Shown here: in pieces, positions 38,640 to 51,580 of the stretch | Layout: each line of letters begins with the position of its first letter | How positions within the stretch are numbered: position 1 is the stretch's first letter | Source: Octopus bimaculoides | Lineage: Eukaryota | DNA: 64,000 nucleotides | Reading direction: 5' to 3' | NCBI RefSeq assembly: GCF_001194135.2 | Contig: NC_068982.1 | Location: 96,902,822 to 96,966,821, forward strand | Notes under the pieces: model-generated | What the model saw: only the letters and a program-made list of their open reading frames with translations | Told to the model about the DNA's origin: nothing | Database searches by the model: none | Position numbers and translations under genes: made by a program

Positions 38640-39870
38640 TAACCTTTGGTATGGTAAATTTGAAAACAGGGTGTAATACATAAGACAAGTCAGTCTGTGC
38701 ATATATATACTGCGTGCTACGCACACAGCACATCATTTTGGCACATACTTCTTTTCTTTTATTGGTGGAATTGAAGTGGGGGAAATGTCCACGTTCCTTG
38801 ATGATTCAACAAAGGGGAGGAGCCAGACTGTGGATGCCCCTGTGATCAGTATGGTGGAATATTTGAAACTTCTATTATTCATTTCACAAGCAACTCACAG
38901 AATGTTAGTCCATCTTCCACACTGCCAAGCATTTGCTGTATCAAAAACGAATTTATATGTCCACCATATAACGAATGTATATGTCCGAGAGTGTAGTGGG
39001 TGCTTTTACATGCCACCGGCATGAGGGCCAGTCAGGCAGTACTGGCAATGGCCACGTTCAAGTGGTGTTTTTTACGTGCCACCTGCACAGGAACCAGCCC
39101 AGCGGCACTGGCAATGACCTCGCTCGAATGTTTTTTCACATCCCACTGGCACAAGTGCCAGTTAGGCGACGCTGGTAACAAACATGTTCGAATGGTGCTT
39201 TTTACGTGCCACCCATTGCGTGATTGTATAGCAACACAACAGTTCGTTTCATTACTAGATTTCCAGCCATCTCGTTTGCCAGTGTGGGACATGCCAGTAG
39301 AATACGTGGTGGACAGCAAACAAATATTTTAATTATCTCTCCACACCAATGCAATAATGCTACCATCAGTGAAGTGGCACACAGTTTTGTCTTTGCAAAG
39401 TTTCACATTGTGAAGTTCAGGTGTCATGTTTTTCCTGAAGGTGCACACAGTCCCACAGGCATTTGTTTTCCTTGCCTGCAGCCAAAGAAAGAAGTCAGGA
39501 CTGCAAAATTAGTTATCCATATGAATGTTGTATCGTTTGTCTAACAACTTGTTATTCATCAACAAGACAACATTCGTGGATACTGGACTATCTAATTTAT
39601 CTTCTCCAGTGTATATTTTATAGTTCCAAGTATAGCCACAAGCTGCATCAGGTGACTGACAAACCAGATGAAATTTTATCCTGAAGCAGGCACATTTTAT
39701 AGGATTGTACTGCTTGAATTTCAGCTGCCACTTAAATTTCCACAGACTTTCATCAGTGAAAATGTCCTGCATGGGTATATAAACAGTTATGAAATTTTCT
39801 GCAATTTTGTCAAAGATAGGACAAATTTTTTGAAGCCTGTCCTTGTTGCCAGAGTTGAAATGCAGGTTTT
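38640..39870 (-). mobile_element. piggyBac (PGBD4-like) transposase remnant, interrupted by an RTE-UTR repeat insert (about 38985-39215)
   Basis: TDESLWKFK...FKQYNP.K...GYTWNYKIYTG, HMDN, NACGTV, LVWRD...LLST, and a C-terminal GHFPTSIP..C..C...C.D cysteine-rich remnant. Many stops. Confidence 0.8.
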
Positions 39871-41620
39871 TCAGTAGTGCTTAGAGTCAATCATGCAGCA
39901 TTATCTCCTTGTGTCAAAGTTGGACATGAAGTTGAATGTGAAGCTAGTGTAACTGGAATGAAGACAAACACAAAGTTGGAGTAGATGGACATGAAGATGA
40001 ATATAAGGATCATAAATTCAATGAAATTGCTGTAGCTGGGCACAAGGATGACCATAAATTCCATGAAGGACAAGAAGAGTTATAAACCATACAGAATTCT
40101 TTTAAAACTGAAATACAGTTAAAAATATCCTTTTCTCTTCAATCTCTTCTCGTTTTGAACTTTGAAATGGTTCAAAGAGTGGAACAAGAGGATGACTGCC
40201 AGGAATTAAGTAACCTCTAAAAGGCTGCATGAAGCAACCTACAATGGCACAAGTATGTTAAATCATCATGAGCTGTTGTGAGAATAGAAAATAATAGTCA
40301 AGATTTTTTTTCTTATATGTGTAATCAGTTATATGATGGATGGCACCAAAGATGAACTTCTTTATGAATATAGTAGTAACCCAGAAATAGCTAACAAGGT
40401 GTGATGCTGATGTAGATCAGTGTTTTTTTTAAATAATGTCCTTTCCATAGGAATGGGGGAACTATGAAGATTGAAAAGACAGCAGACATATTACCATATT
40501 TAACAAAATTTATGTGATTTTCAACATTTTAAACTTGTCAAACTTCATGGCATAAAGAGAAGAATTAGAGATGCAAAATCTATTTTAGCTTTCCCATTTA
40601 TAAAACGGGTGGGGTAACGGTTAAAAAATTTCACTGATAGTGGGGTCTGCTTTTGTCAGTTTGAGAACGTTTGGTAACAACTATGAAAATCCTGTAGGGG
40701 AGTGGTAGGGGAATGGTGTTAAACAATGTAAAGAAATCCTATGGATGCTTCATAGCAAGTATATCTGGTTGTGCTGAACTGGATTTAATAAATGCACAAC
40801 TATTTTGTTCTGAATTAGATAATTTTACAAAAGAGCTCTGATATTTTTATAAACTGTCAAAAATTTCCTAACTATAAGGTGTGTCTTTTCAATTGTAGAA
40901 CTTAGGAGCTGGGAAATATGGTAATTAAAAAAAATTGGTGGTGGTGGTTGTGGTTACTATAAATGTATGTGGATCACACTTTCTCTAAATAGAATTGCTG
41001 TATAGCAAACTTTTTCTCATGTCATTTGAGAATCAATTCTGTGAGATGAATTATAATAGGCAAGCATGGAATGGGTCAACCCATCACATCCGATGAAGGT
41101 TATCTAGAAGTTCAACAATTTATTATATCAAATACCTGAATGTCTTATGAGTGTAAATTACACACAGACACTAGCATCATCTGTTGATGTCATACAATTT
41201 ACACAGCTAACTGTGACTGTCCAATATTTTAAACAAACTATACTGATACCTATTTAAGTTTCATTTAAAACTTTCATTACTTTTTTTTGTAAATCATTGG
41301 CAAACATACATCCAACTCACTCTTGAACCTATGAGAGAGCTTCTACATGGTCATTTGACCAGCTAGAAATAATAGCCAAACTTCTTTTGTATTGCAATAT
41401 ATCCTTTCCTTTAAGATTATGTAGCCCCAGATATACAGTGCCTGAAACAAAAAATAGGAATGCCAAAGCTGGATTGGCTTTGATCATTTCCAACAAGACA
41501 GTATAACACAGAAAATGCAAGTTGGGAAGCTCAGCCTTGCAGTGATACAACCCATATTTTCACTATAGACTTGAAAATAAGACCTAGGCCAATCCTAAAC
41601 AACAACAACAAATAACTCAC

Positions 41621-41661
41621 TCTTCAAGCTTCTTGCCTTCCTTTTCAAATTCCTTTTCTTC
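41621..41661 (-). CDS. BIN3: BIN3 exon 3 (EEKEFEKEGKKLEE)
   Basis: atttcag acceptor, gtgagt donor, 41 nt, phase 0-2. Confidence 0.92.
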
Positions 41662-41989
41662 CTGAAATAAATGTAAAATATTTGACTTATTTGTAACTGA
41701 GATCATCAGAAATTTGAACAAAAAAGAAAATGCTGCATGCACACACACTATCTTGAAACAACATCCAGCTTCATTAAATAATGATTTCTCACATGTTAGC
41801 AGAGGGCCAGAAATTTATGAGAAGGAGAAAATTGACCTAATTGGCCATATTACATCACTGGTATGCAATTTATTAAACTGGATGTGGGGGGGTATAAAGG
41901 CAAAACTAACTTTGGCAGAATTTGAGTTTGGTGAATAGATAGATGAAACAAAATACTTTATGGTATTTATTATAATGCAGAAAATAGTG

Positions 41990-43151
41990 CAACGGTTGTC
42001 ATAGCTACAGACAAAGCTGAGCTATGTACCCTCGCATGCAAGACTGCCACAATTGATGGACCCCGGTTGGCCACCACTGCCATCAAGCAACCCATCACAC
42101 CAACACACTTTCTATTAATAAAGATAAGAGGCTTGCTACAGAACAACAGCAAATGCAAAATTGCACACCTGAAGAATTTTTCTGCATGCAATTAAATTAT
42201 ATGCATTGCACTCACAGAAACACATCTGTCATCAGACATAAATGATGTAGAGCTACACATATCAATGTATGTTATCTTCCATACAGGCAAAAGAAAAAGA
42301 AGTCATGGTGGAGTTGCAATGTACATCCGTAAAGATGTCACACCATTAACCGTTATCAAATTTCAGTCCAGTGTGATACACCCATAGTACATCTAAAGTA
42401 ACTTGATATAGTGATATGCACACTATATTGCCCACCTGATGCCTCAAATCATAATGGAAAATTTGAGGAAAGCCTCAGTGCTATAAAAAAAGTACTAACA
42501 CAATTGGATCAACATACTACTATATTCCTGATAGGTGACTTCAACTTCCCCAACATCAGGTTGCCTGAGGGCAACATAACCCCAGGAATGACACAAAATG
42601 AGCGAAATCAAGCAGAATCTCCACTTGATCTTATAAAAATGCTATTCATGGAGCAGATCATACTCTCTCCAACCAGGCACAAAAATATTTTGGACCTCGG
42701 TTTTATAAACAATGTGGAAATTATCCACAACGTAAATATATCACTGACAATATTCTCAGACCATAACATGATAGAACTGACAATGTATGGCCTGGAATTA
42801 ACCAAAGATAAACTCTGCACAGATGGCACTCAAACCCTATCCAGGCTAAATTTCTATAAAGCTGACTGGAAGTCACTTCAAAAACAGATACTCTAACAGC
42901 ACTGGCCTCTCTATGCAAGACATAGGTATGAAACTCAATAAATTCATGTCAATAATGCAAGCCATATGCATTAAATATGTCCCAGAGAAGAAAGCCAATA
43001 CACACAAAAATATCATTCCCTGAGACAGGAGAATACTCATGCGACGGAGAATAAAGATCTTGAATCATTTAAATACACACTTCAATGACAGTGTGAAATC
43101 CCACCAGACAGAGGAACTCTTTGAGATTGAAAATAAACTGAAAATCTCCCA

Positions 43152-43194
<43 letters not shown>

Positions 43195-45135
43195 AGAAAG
43201 AGAAACCTGGGCAGTCGAAAAAATAAAGAAATCCTAAAGCCTTCTAGACATTGGCAAAGGAGTCTGCCTTAGTACGCTATAAGATAGGGCCACTATTTGG
43301 TAAAAATGGCTCACTAACTGCAGACCTGGGGAAGATAAGTGAAGCACTGAATAAACAATTCCGAAGTGTTTTCACTTCTCCATTGGCTACAACTGTCTGA
43401 CTCCTGCAAATAAATAAGCCTGGGGAGTTTTTCAGTGCAATGAATCTATTTGGAAAAGAGGCAACCATCGATTACATCAACATAACAGAAGAGGATGTAA
43501 TATCAGCCATTGATGAGATAAGATGAGATCAAACTCAGCAATGGATACAGATGGACTCCCAGCTGTTCTCTTAAAGATATGTAAAAAGGCTTTTGCAAAC
43601 CCACTGCTGATACACTTTCAGAGTTTCCTTGAAGTGGTAAACTTCCCAACATGCTCAAAGAGGGTATAATATGTTCATAGAGGGAGCAGAGCAGATGCTA
43701 AAAACTACAGGCCCATCTCTCTAACCTCACATGTTAGCAAGACAATGTAATGCATTGTCAGAAAAAGGCTGATCACATTCCTAGAAGAAAACAACCTTCT
43801 CACAAACACGCGACATCGCTTCAGTCCAGGGAGGAGCTGCCTCACACAGCTGCTGCAGCACTTTGACTGGGTACTGAAACAAAAGCTAAACCAGTCAGCT
43901 GCAGACATGATGTACCTCGACTTTGCCAAGGCCTTCAACAAGGTTGATCTGGCATATGTCACAAGCTGCGAAATCTTGGTATTACTAGGAAACTGGGAGA
44001 GTGGCTGCAACACTTTTTGAAGGGCAGGAGTCAGACAGTTGTAGCCAATGGTGCTCACTCTGAAGAGACACCAATTCTCAGTGTAGTCCTACAGGGAACT
44101 GTACTGGGGCCACTACTATTTGTGGTGGCCCTCTCAAACATGCCCTCTGCAGTACAGCCAGCCAATCTCACCAGTAATGCTGATGACACAAAAGTATCAC
44201 AGGCAGTTAGCAACTCAGAGGACATCATAAAACTGCAGAAAGGCCTGAATGAAATATACAAATGGGCTAACAAAAATAATATGCAGTTCAATGCTATGAA
44301 ATTTCAGGCACTCCACTATCGGGCCAACACCAGGCTAGAATCAGAATACACTGGACCAGAAGGTAATATGATCTCAGAGTCAGAGTTGGTGCATGACCTG
44401 GGGGTTCACATGAGCAATGATGCAACATTCCATTTGCATATTACCAAGATGGCAACACTGTGTAAGCAAATGGCTGGATGGATTCTGAGGACATTCAGAA
44501 CCAGGAAAAGGGAAGCCCTGCTAATCCTATGGAGGACTTTCATTCTCAGCCGCTTGGACTACTGCTCCCAACTATGGTCCCTAGAGAGTGTGAAACAAAC
44601 TGTGGCACTCAAAGCAATCCAGCATCAATACACAAAGAAGAATGATTCGATGCAAAAGATGGGCTACTAGGAGAAGCTAAAGGAGCTGAGTCTCTATTTC
44701 CTGGAGAGAAGACGAGAGAGGTATGCAATGATATATATTTTGAAGATCTTGGAGGGTTTAGCTCCCAATTTTGGAATTGACAGCTATACCAATCCTCGAA
44801 CTGGACAACACTGCATCATACCAAAGATCCTGTCTTCCCCATCTAAAATAAGGACACAATACTTCAATAGGCTGGGTTTCAAGGGCCCACAATTGTTTAA
44901 CATCCTGCTAGGCAACCTTGGAGATCTACAAGGTATTGCTGTGGAAGTTTTCAAGGAATGTCTGGACAGGTTTCTATCTGAGATACCGGATGAACCCACA
45001 TTGCAGCAGAAGACACAATGAAGAGCAGCTTCATCCAACTTGCTACTTTACCAAAAACAATACTGGAAACAACACCAAGTAAGTACAGGTGGTGCATCAG
45101 CATGACCTCAGCCCTGGGTTGAAACCAGTAAAAGA
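41990..45135 (+). mobile_element. CR1-like LINE, ORF2 (APE endonuclease and RT), degenerate, in BIN3 intron 2
   Basis: ALTETHL, GGVAMY, LIGDFNFPNI, SDHNMI, NYRPISLTS, MYLDFAKAFNKVD, VLQGTVLGPLLF, ADDTKV, ILSRLDYCSQLW. Internal A40 run at 43153-43192. Confidence 0.92.
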
Positions 45136-46428
45136 TAAATCAACAAACTCTTCCAAGCTATCACCTCTTGACAACCACTTTACTGAGTGCAAAAGTAATT
45201 GGTTTAAAGTTGCAACATTTGCCCTGCACCCCATATCAAATTACAGTCATGAATTGACCTAAAATACGCTTTTGAAGACCATCACGAGTTTCTTGGCAAC
45301 AAAAAAATGTTTGTATAATACACAATGAAGAGTAGTAAGTACAGAGGTATTTTTGCATTAGTAAATTAAGTATGAACATAAATTTTAAATGCCCTTTTAA
45401 AGATTGCATGCCTTAATTTTAGCTCAATCTACCATTGCCAAACACAATTTCAATATTTACTTAAACAGGAAACCAAAACAAAGCCAAAATATTTTAGAAT
45501 GTTGCATGTTTACAACACTATAATATAGTTAAATTCTTTATCAGGTATTTAGAAAAAATATCTCTGACAATAATCTAAGTGAATTCACCTATGGGGAAAC
45601 AAGTATTACATAAAAGGTTTCACTGTCTTTTGATTTCAGCTAACAAATTATTATAACTGTATGTTTCAAGAAACAACACAAAATAAGCAATACAGATTAA
45701 TCTATTATAATAAAAGCGAAATTCTGACTGTCCATTTGGGAACCCTATATCTCAGTCTACATTTGCTCTATATAGACACATCATGCCATTTTGGAATCAG
45801 AATCATTCTAGCAGGTAAAGTTTGGCTGATTCACACCATCTTAGTTGGCGTTTGTCAGATGACATCAGAGATCAAGACGGAGATAAATGACATTCACTTC
45901 ATTAATTCCATGTCGAGATAAGAACTTTGAGACAGATTGGCCAACAGTTGGAGTTCAACTTGGGACTGAAACAATAGAATGATTACATTACAGAATTAAT
46001 TCTCATCCGTCCTTAACTTCTGATCAAACACCACTGGGACATATAGTCATTATAGATGTATTATAGTCATGCTATTTAGCTCTCCTCAGTTTTGAGTTGC
46101 AGACCCAATTAGCCCTCCATGAGAGCTACTTAAAAGCCTGCATGGAGTGCAGCTTTTAAGCTAGCTATGTATAAATCATAAATGCAGATCATCAAATTGC
46201 ATTTTATTGCAATAATGTATATCTTCTTATTTTGTGTATGAATGTCAGCTTTCAACTGCATAAGTTGAATTAATCCACTTCATATCCCACACATAATCTA
46301 CTCACAGATTCAAAACAATTGTTTGCTTTGAATAATAATGATTTGATAATAGCTGATTTAATATACGTCCCTAATGAACAATGAAAATCCACTTTTATGA
46401 CAATTTTAAGATTATGAAGGTGACTTAC

Positions 46429-46477
46429 ATTCCACAAAGTAACATTTCTTTTTGGTGTAGAAAGTTGCTTGAATATT
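46429..46477 (-). CDS. BIN3: BIN3 exon 2 (IFKQLSTPKRNVTLWN)
   Basis: ttttgtttttacag acceptor, gtaagt donor, 49 nt, phase 2-0. Confidence 0.85.
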
Positions 46478-46679
46478 CTGTAAAAACAAAAATTCAGAAG
46501 AAATTAGCTTAATTCCAAAGAGCAGAGAGTAGAATAACTTACGATGTTACTAGGATCAGAAATGATAAGAATGTTACAGTGTCCTAACACACACACACAC
46601 ACACACACATTACAAAGCTAGGCCCCAAACTATGTGGTCTCAAGTTCAGTCCCACAGGGCAGCACCTTGGGCAAATATC

Positions 46680-47735
46680 TATGCTTCACCACCTTGTCCC
46701 ATGTCTTCCTGAGTTTACCGCAATCACAAGTTCCCACCACAGTTAGAGATCGGCACTTTTTTACACAGCTGTCCTAGTCCAAACATATCACATGACCATA
46801 TGAGTGCTGTCGTCTCTTGTACACCACATCTGATGCTACTTATGCACAACTTTTCTCTCAAGATGCTTACACTCCGTTCAACATGTACACTGACATTGCA
46901 CAACCAGCAAAGCATACTGGCTTCATTTCTTTCAAGCCTATGCACGTCCTCAGCTGTCATACCCCATGTTTTACTGCCGTGTAACATAGCTGTTTGCACA
47001 CAGGCATCATACAATCTGCCTTTCACTCTGAGGGAGAGACCCTTTGTTGCCAGCAGAGGTAGGAGCTCTCTGAACTTTGCCCAGCCTAAACTTATTCTTA
47101 GAGCTACACTCTCAGAGCATCCACCTCCACTACTAACTTGGTCGCCCAGATAATGGAAGCTATCTACTACCTCTAGCTCACCCCACTGGCAGTTGATGGA
47201 GTCTATTTTCTGTACATTTTTGGTGTTTATTGTACCTGTGCATCTTCCATACACAAAAGCTGATAACCTTCCTCTGATATTGCTGCACCTCTTATGTGTC
47301 CATAGCTTACACCGGGTACATCTTATGGAGTTTCTACCTATGCTTTTTCTACAGATCAAGCAGGGATTTGTGAAGGGATTTGTGAGTTGTCTGCTCTCCT
47401 ACTTACTAGGACTTTGGTTTTTGCTAGGTTAACTCTAAGGCCTTTCGATTCTAGACCTTGCTTCCATACCTGAAACTTCTCTAGCTCTGGTAGTGATTCA
47501 GCTATAAGAACACGGTCATCAGCATAGAGGAGCTCCCAGGAACAGCCTGTCTTAAAACTCCCCTGTTATTGCCTGGACGACTATGATGAACATGAGGGGG
47601 ATGAGGACTGATCCTTGGTGAACAGCTACTTGTACTCTAAATTCTTTGCTGTACTCGTGGCCAACCCTCACCTTACTGGTAGCATCCCTGTACATGGCTT
47701 GTACAGCTCTCACCAACCACTCGTCTATACCTAGG
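46680..47735 (-). mobile_element. RTE LINE RT/C-terminal fragment in BIN3 intron 1
   Basis: VHQGSVLIPLMF, ELLYADD, IGRNSIRCTRCKLWTHKRCS, YLGDQVSSGGGC, MLHGSKTW. Confidence 0.9.
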
Positions 47736-48104
47736 ATGGACATAACTAATCACAGGCCTGCTCAATCATGACTGACAACAGCAACTGTCAAATTTATTAA
47801 GTAGTGAAAGAAAAATTTTCTATCATGGATTACATTTTATTTTATTTGTTTATTTCTAAAAATGAATGACACAGCTGAAGCTGGGTTTGCAACCCAATTT
47901 CTTTTTTTTTTGGCTGGTTCGGTGCAGGTGGGAGTTGAGTACAATATGATAAATCCTGCAAACAATAACACTGCCTCAGTCCACCACATTGCAACAGATG
48001 GCTTCAAATAATTTGAAAAATCGAAACATCATAACCTGAATCAAATACTAGTTTCTAAAAGAAGTATAACAACTTCTAAACATTTTTTTTTTTATTTCTT
48101 TATC

Positions 48105-48325
48105 GCCCACTGGGGGCTAAACATAGAGGGGACAAACAAGGACAGACAAAGGGATTAAATCGATTACATCGATCCCAGTGTGTAACTGGTACTTATTTAA
48201 TCGACCCCGAAAGGATGAAAGGCAAAGTCGACCTTAACGGAATTTGAACTCAGAATGTAACGGCAGACGAAATACCGCTAAGCATTTCGCCCAGCGTGCT
48301 AGTGATTCTGCCAGCTCGCTGCCCT
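48105..48325 (-). mobile_element. tRNA-derived SINE, ACCCCGAAAGGATGAAAGG family
   Basis: On -, head GGCAGCGAGCTGGCAGAA with B box GAGTTCAAATTCC. Degraded copies at about 280-435, 23395-23580, 32020-32140 and 36715-36830. Confidence 0.85.
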
Positions 48326-48989
48326 TCAAAAACATAACATACTTACATCTGATTCGGGGAATTCCATGCAATTCTATGAATCATATAATCATCATGGTAT
48401 ATGTTCAGTTTGGTTGGATCAAANNNNNNNNNNNNNNNNNNNNNNNNNNNNNNNNNNNNNNNNNNNNNNNNNNNNNNNNNNNNNNNNNNNNNNNNNNNNN
48501 NNNNNNNNNNNNNNNNNNNNNNNNNNNNNNNNNNNNNNNNNNNNNNNNNNNNNNNNNNNNNNNNNNNNNNNNNNNNNNNNNNNNNNNNNNNNNNNNNNNN
48601 NNNNNNNNNNNNNNNNNNNNNNNNNNNNNNNNNNNNNNNNNNNNNNNNNNNNNNNNNNNNNNNNNNNNNNNNNNNNNNNNNNNNNNNNNNNNNNNNNNNN
48701 NNNNNNNNNNNNNNNNNNNNNNNNNNNNNNNNNNNNNNNNNNNNNNNNNNNNNNNNNNNNNNGGTTAGGGCTTTAGGGCTTTAGTTGGGGGAAAAAAATC
48801 AAAATTGAAGAATTTGGTGGGGAAAGGGTGGGGGAAATTTAACAATGCCATTTTTGGTAATTTTCCGGAATCTCCGTATCCCAAAACGGGGGTTTTGGGC
48901 AAAAATAATTTTGAAAATAAGCAAATTTGGAAGAAAATGGGGTGGGGGCGGGCGGAAGTCTTTCTCGAAACAATCTAAGAGGGAGGAAT

Positions 48990-49215
48990 CGTGGACTATC
49001 ATTCAATTAGGTAAAGCGGGAGACAGCATTCTTCAGTGGTTGGCACGGCGTCGACTAATTATGAATATGTACACCTGTGAAAATTGTAATTCACCATGTG
49101 GCCTTACTACATGAGGTGACGTTACTGATGGGGGTTATGGCACTGCAAGAGTTGTAAAAGAAGCAAATCTATTCGTTACTGTCCATTTTTTGAGAGAAGT
49201 CATATTTCGCCAGTG
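48990..49215 (+). mobile_element. Merlin / IS1595-like (ISXO2-type) transposase N-terminal remnant
   Basis: ILQWLARRRLIMNMYTCENCNSPC...DG.(frameshift)WHCKSCKRSKSIR..PFFERSHIS fits the zinc-ribbon pattern Cx2C...DG..W.Cx2C..KSIR..FF..S. Confidence 0.65.
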
Positions 49216-49328
49216 TTTATGTCGTGTAAAAAGTAGACTTATTTCCCCCTTAATTTTTATTTGCTTTCTTAATCTAACCAAACTGAATCATATATGTCAT
49301 CACCTATCATCATAAATGTAGTTTCCTA

Positions 49329-50072
49329 CTAGCAAATAACCAACCATGCTTTGGATCATTATCACTGGCTATAGCAACGACAACAGTCACTCTCACACTG
49401 CCTCTGTCGTTGTTGTCCCCCGTCAACTATAACTGAGAAGAAATATAATGAAAAGCATTCCATCTCTTCTAAGACGGTAAGGTATAATTTGATGGAGATT
49501 TGGCTACTATTTCTCGCAAGTGAAGACACCATGTAGAGGCTCCCCTCTTTGGTTTGTCAATATGCTTATTACACGAAGTTGGCAATCTGGCAGACACGTT
49601 AGCGCACCGCGCGAAATGCTTAGAGGCATTTCGTCTGCCGTTACGTTCTGAGTTCAAATTCCACCGAGATCGATTTTGCCCGTCATCCTTTCGGGGTCGA
49701 TAAATTAAGTACCAGTTACGAATTGGGGTCGATGTAATCGACTAGTTCCCTCCCTCAAAATTTCAGGCCTTGTGCCTAGAGTAGAAAAGAATACGCTTAT
49801 TACACGAACTAGCAAATAACCATGCTTTGGATCATCCTCACTGGCAACGACGCCAGTCACACCCACACTGCCTCTGGCGTTGTCGTCCTGTCAACCATAA
49901 CTGACCATATGATGAAAAGCATTCCAGCTGTAAGTATTCCATCTCTTCTAAGACGGTAAGGTATAATTTGATGGAAATTTGACTACTATTTCTCGCAAGT
50001 GGAGACACCACATAGAGGCTCACTCTTTGGTTTGTCGGTTTGTCAATATGCATATTACACGACCTAGTAATT
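49329..50072. repeat. Diverged ~250-bp tandem duplication with a SINE at the junction
   Basis: 49329-49577 aligns with 49809-50072 (ctagcaaataacc...ccatctcttctaagacggtaagg...ttattacacga). Confidence 0.85.
49578..49789 (+). mobile_element. tRNA-derived SINE of the same family with 19-bp TSD
   Basis: B box GAGTTCAAATTCC. TSD aata(t/c)gcttattacacgaa at 49559-49577 and 49790-49808. Confidence 0.88.
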
Positions 50073-50631
50073 AGTAATCCCGAAATACATTTATGAAGGT
50101 TTATAAACCGTGAGACCAACGAAGCGCTTGGTGCTGCACAGATGTTTTTTTTTCTGTCTCCCTTTATTTTTGTTTTCTTTTTCTTTCTTTTATATATGTA
50201 CCGTGTACATATATGTTATATATGTAATAAAATCTGTAGTTAGGCGCTATTTTTCACTTTGTTCTTTCTCAACAAACTTTCAGGTCCGGTGATGCGCGTG
50301 CAGTCGTAAGTGTGTATGTAATTAAAAAGAAGTCATGCTGATATTTCTAGCAGGTCAGACAACCACAAAAAAGCTTATTCTTTAAATCGAAAATAGTTTT
50401 GGCATATAAAAAGAAGCCAACGCAAATTAAAAGTTAAGGTATAATACACATCAAAGCATGTAAATTCTACTAACGATACTATTTCCCTTACGTGTACATT
50501 ACCTTATTGGTTGCTACCAAGCGAAACAACAAATCTTAGCTTACTTGAAAATCAATGAAAAATATACAAAAAAGAGGAAATCAATTATACATATTATATT
50601 AAAAAAATGTAGGCCATATTTTAATCATTCA

Positions 50632-50675
<44 letters not shown>

Positions 50676-51572
50676 TACTACTAAAGCAGCACGGTCCCGA
50701 ACGCGCANNNNNNNNNNTATATATATATATATATGTCTATGTACCTGAAGATATGTAAAAATTACTAATTGATCGTGTCTTCATTTCTGTCCGTCGTCCT
50801 GACAAACACAACAGTACAATAGTACTTTCACTTACATCTGAATTTCGTGGCAACGCTAACCCATTCTTTAATAAAGAGAAATTCGCATAACTGTAGCTGC
50901 CCATGTGTGTGTGTATTATGAAATGATAGAAAAACAGTGGATGTTTAATTCAGTTAATCTCTGTCGATATAGTTTACAGTAATTCATTAACTATATGTAT
51001 TTACAACTCGTGCCCACTAGTAAAATGAATAACCAACATAAAGGCATCTCAGCTGAAATGAAAACGAAAAAAGCTAAAGTGCTCTTTATCACTTTTGACA
51101 AGTACTGGAATATTTCTGAAACACACAGTACCATTTCGTTTGGGCTAGGGTTAAAATAAGTCAAGATGTATAATAAACAGGTATGAAATTATGTATACAC
51201 ATAATTATAAATCTTTATATACATCATATACAAATAAAATATACGTGAAAACCTATTTTCATAAGTTTTCATTTTGTCAATGAAGCTAATCCTTACTTTT
51301 TTTTTTATTCTGAAGGTCCAATAAATAACATCGATGTCACCTTAATGAACGAAAGCCAGTGCATTTCCTACAGGAAAAGAGCAAGGAAGAGGAAAATTCG
51401 AAATATATTTTCCCCTTCCGTATGACAAACCAATTTAGGTTCTAGTATTTAGGTAGGCGTTACAATATTACGAGTATTTTGCTTTGTTTTTTTTTTCTTA
51501 TTTAATGTGAAATGAATAGTTATAAAACGATTTAATTGCTATAACATAATACAGAATAAATAAAATATTTAC

Positions 51573-51580
51573 TTGCTCAT
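51573..51580 (-). CDS. BIN3: BIN3 coding exon 1 (ATG AGC AA)
   Basis: ATGAGCAA|gtaaat. The 8-nt phase-2 end fits exon 2, and the length matches the 8-nt first coding exon I recall for vertebrate BIN3. Confidence 0.75.

Larger units (their letters stand above)
28834..51580 (-). other. BIN3: Gene model: bridging integrator 3 (BAR-domain protein), 10 coding exons, 756 nt, 251 aa
   Basis: Exons of 8+49+41+62+137+41+61+81+135+141 nt join into one open frame, MSKIFKQLSTPKRNVTLWNEEKEFEKEGKKLEELEETCRKLYKDSKKC...IQKTLVEPVKKFSSIFPSLHAAKKKREQALEEYKRCEAKVKKYQDRERTG...LMEDMPKLYDLRISYYQPCIEALIKSQV...KLSDIKALSIVD*, collinear with BIN3 along its length. Confidence 0.95.

Noticed and set aside
43039-43272. 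Poly-lysine ORF
   Set aside because: It is an A40 run inside the degenerate CR1-like ORF2, possibly inflated by sequencing error.
48763-48784. True telomere or chromosome end
   Set aside because: Only two or three imperfect units, located inside BIN3 intron 1 with gene exons on both sides.
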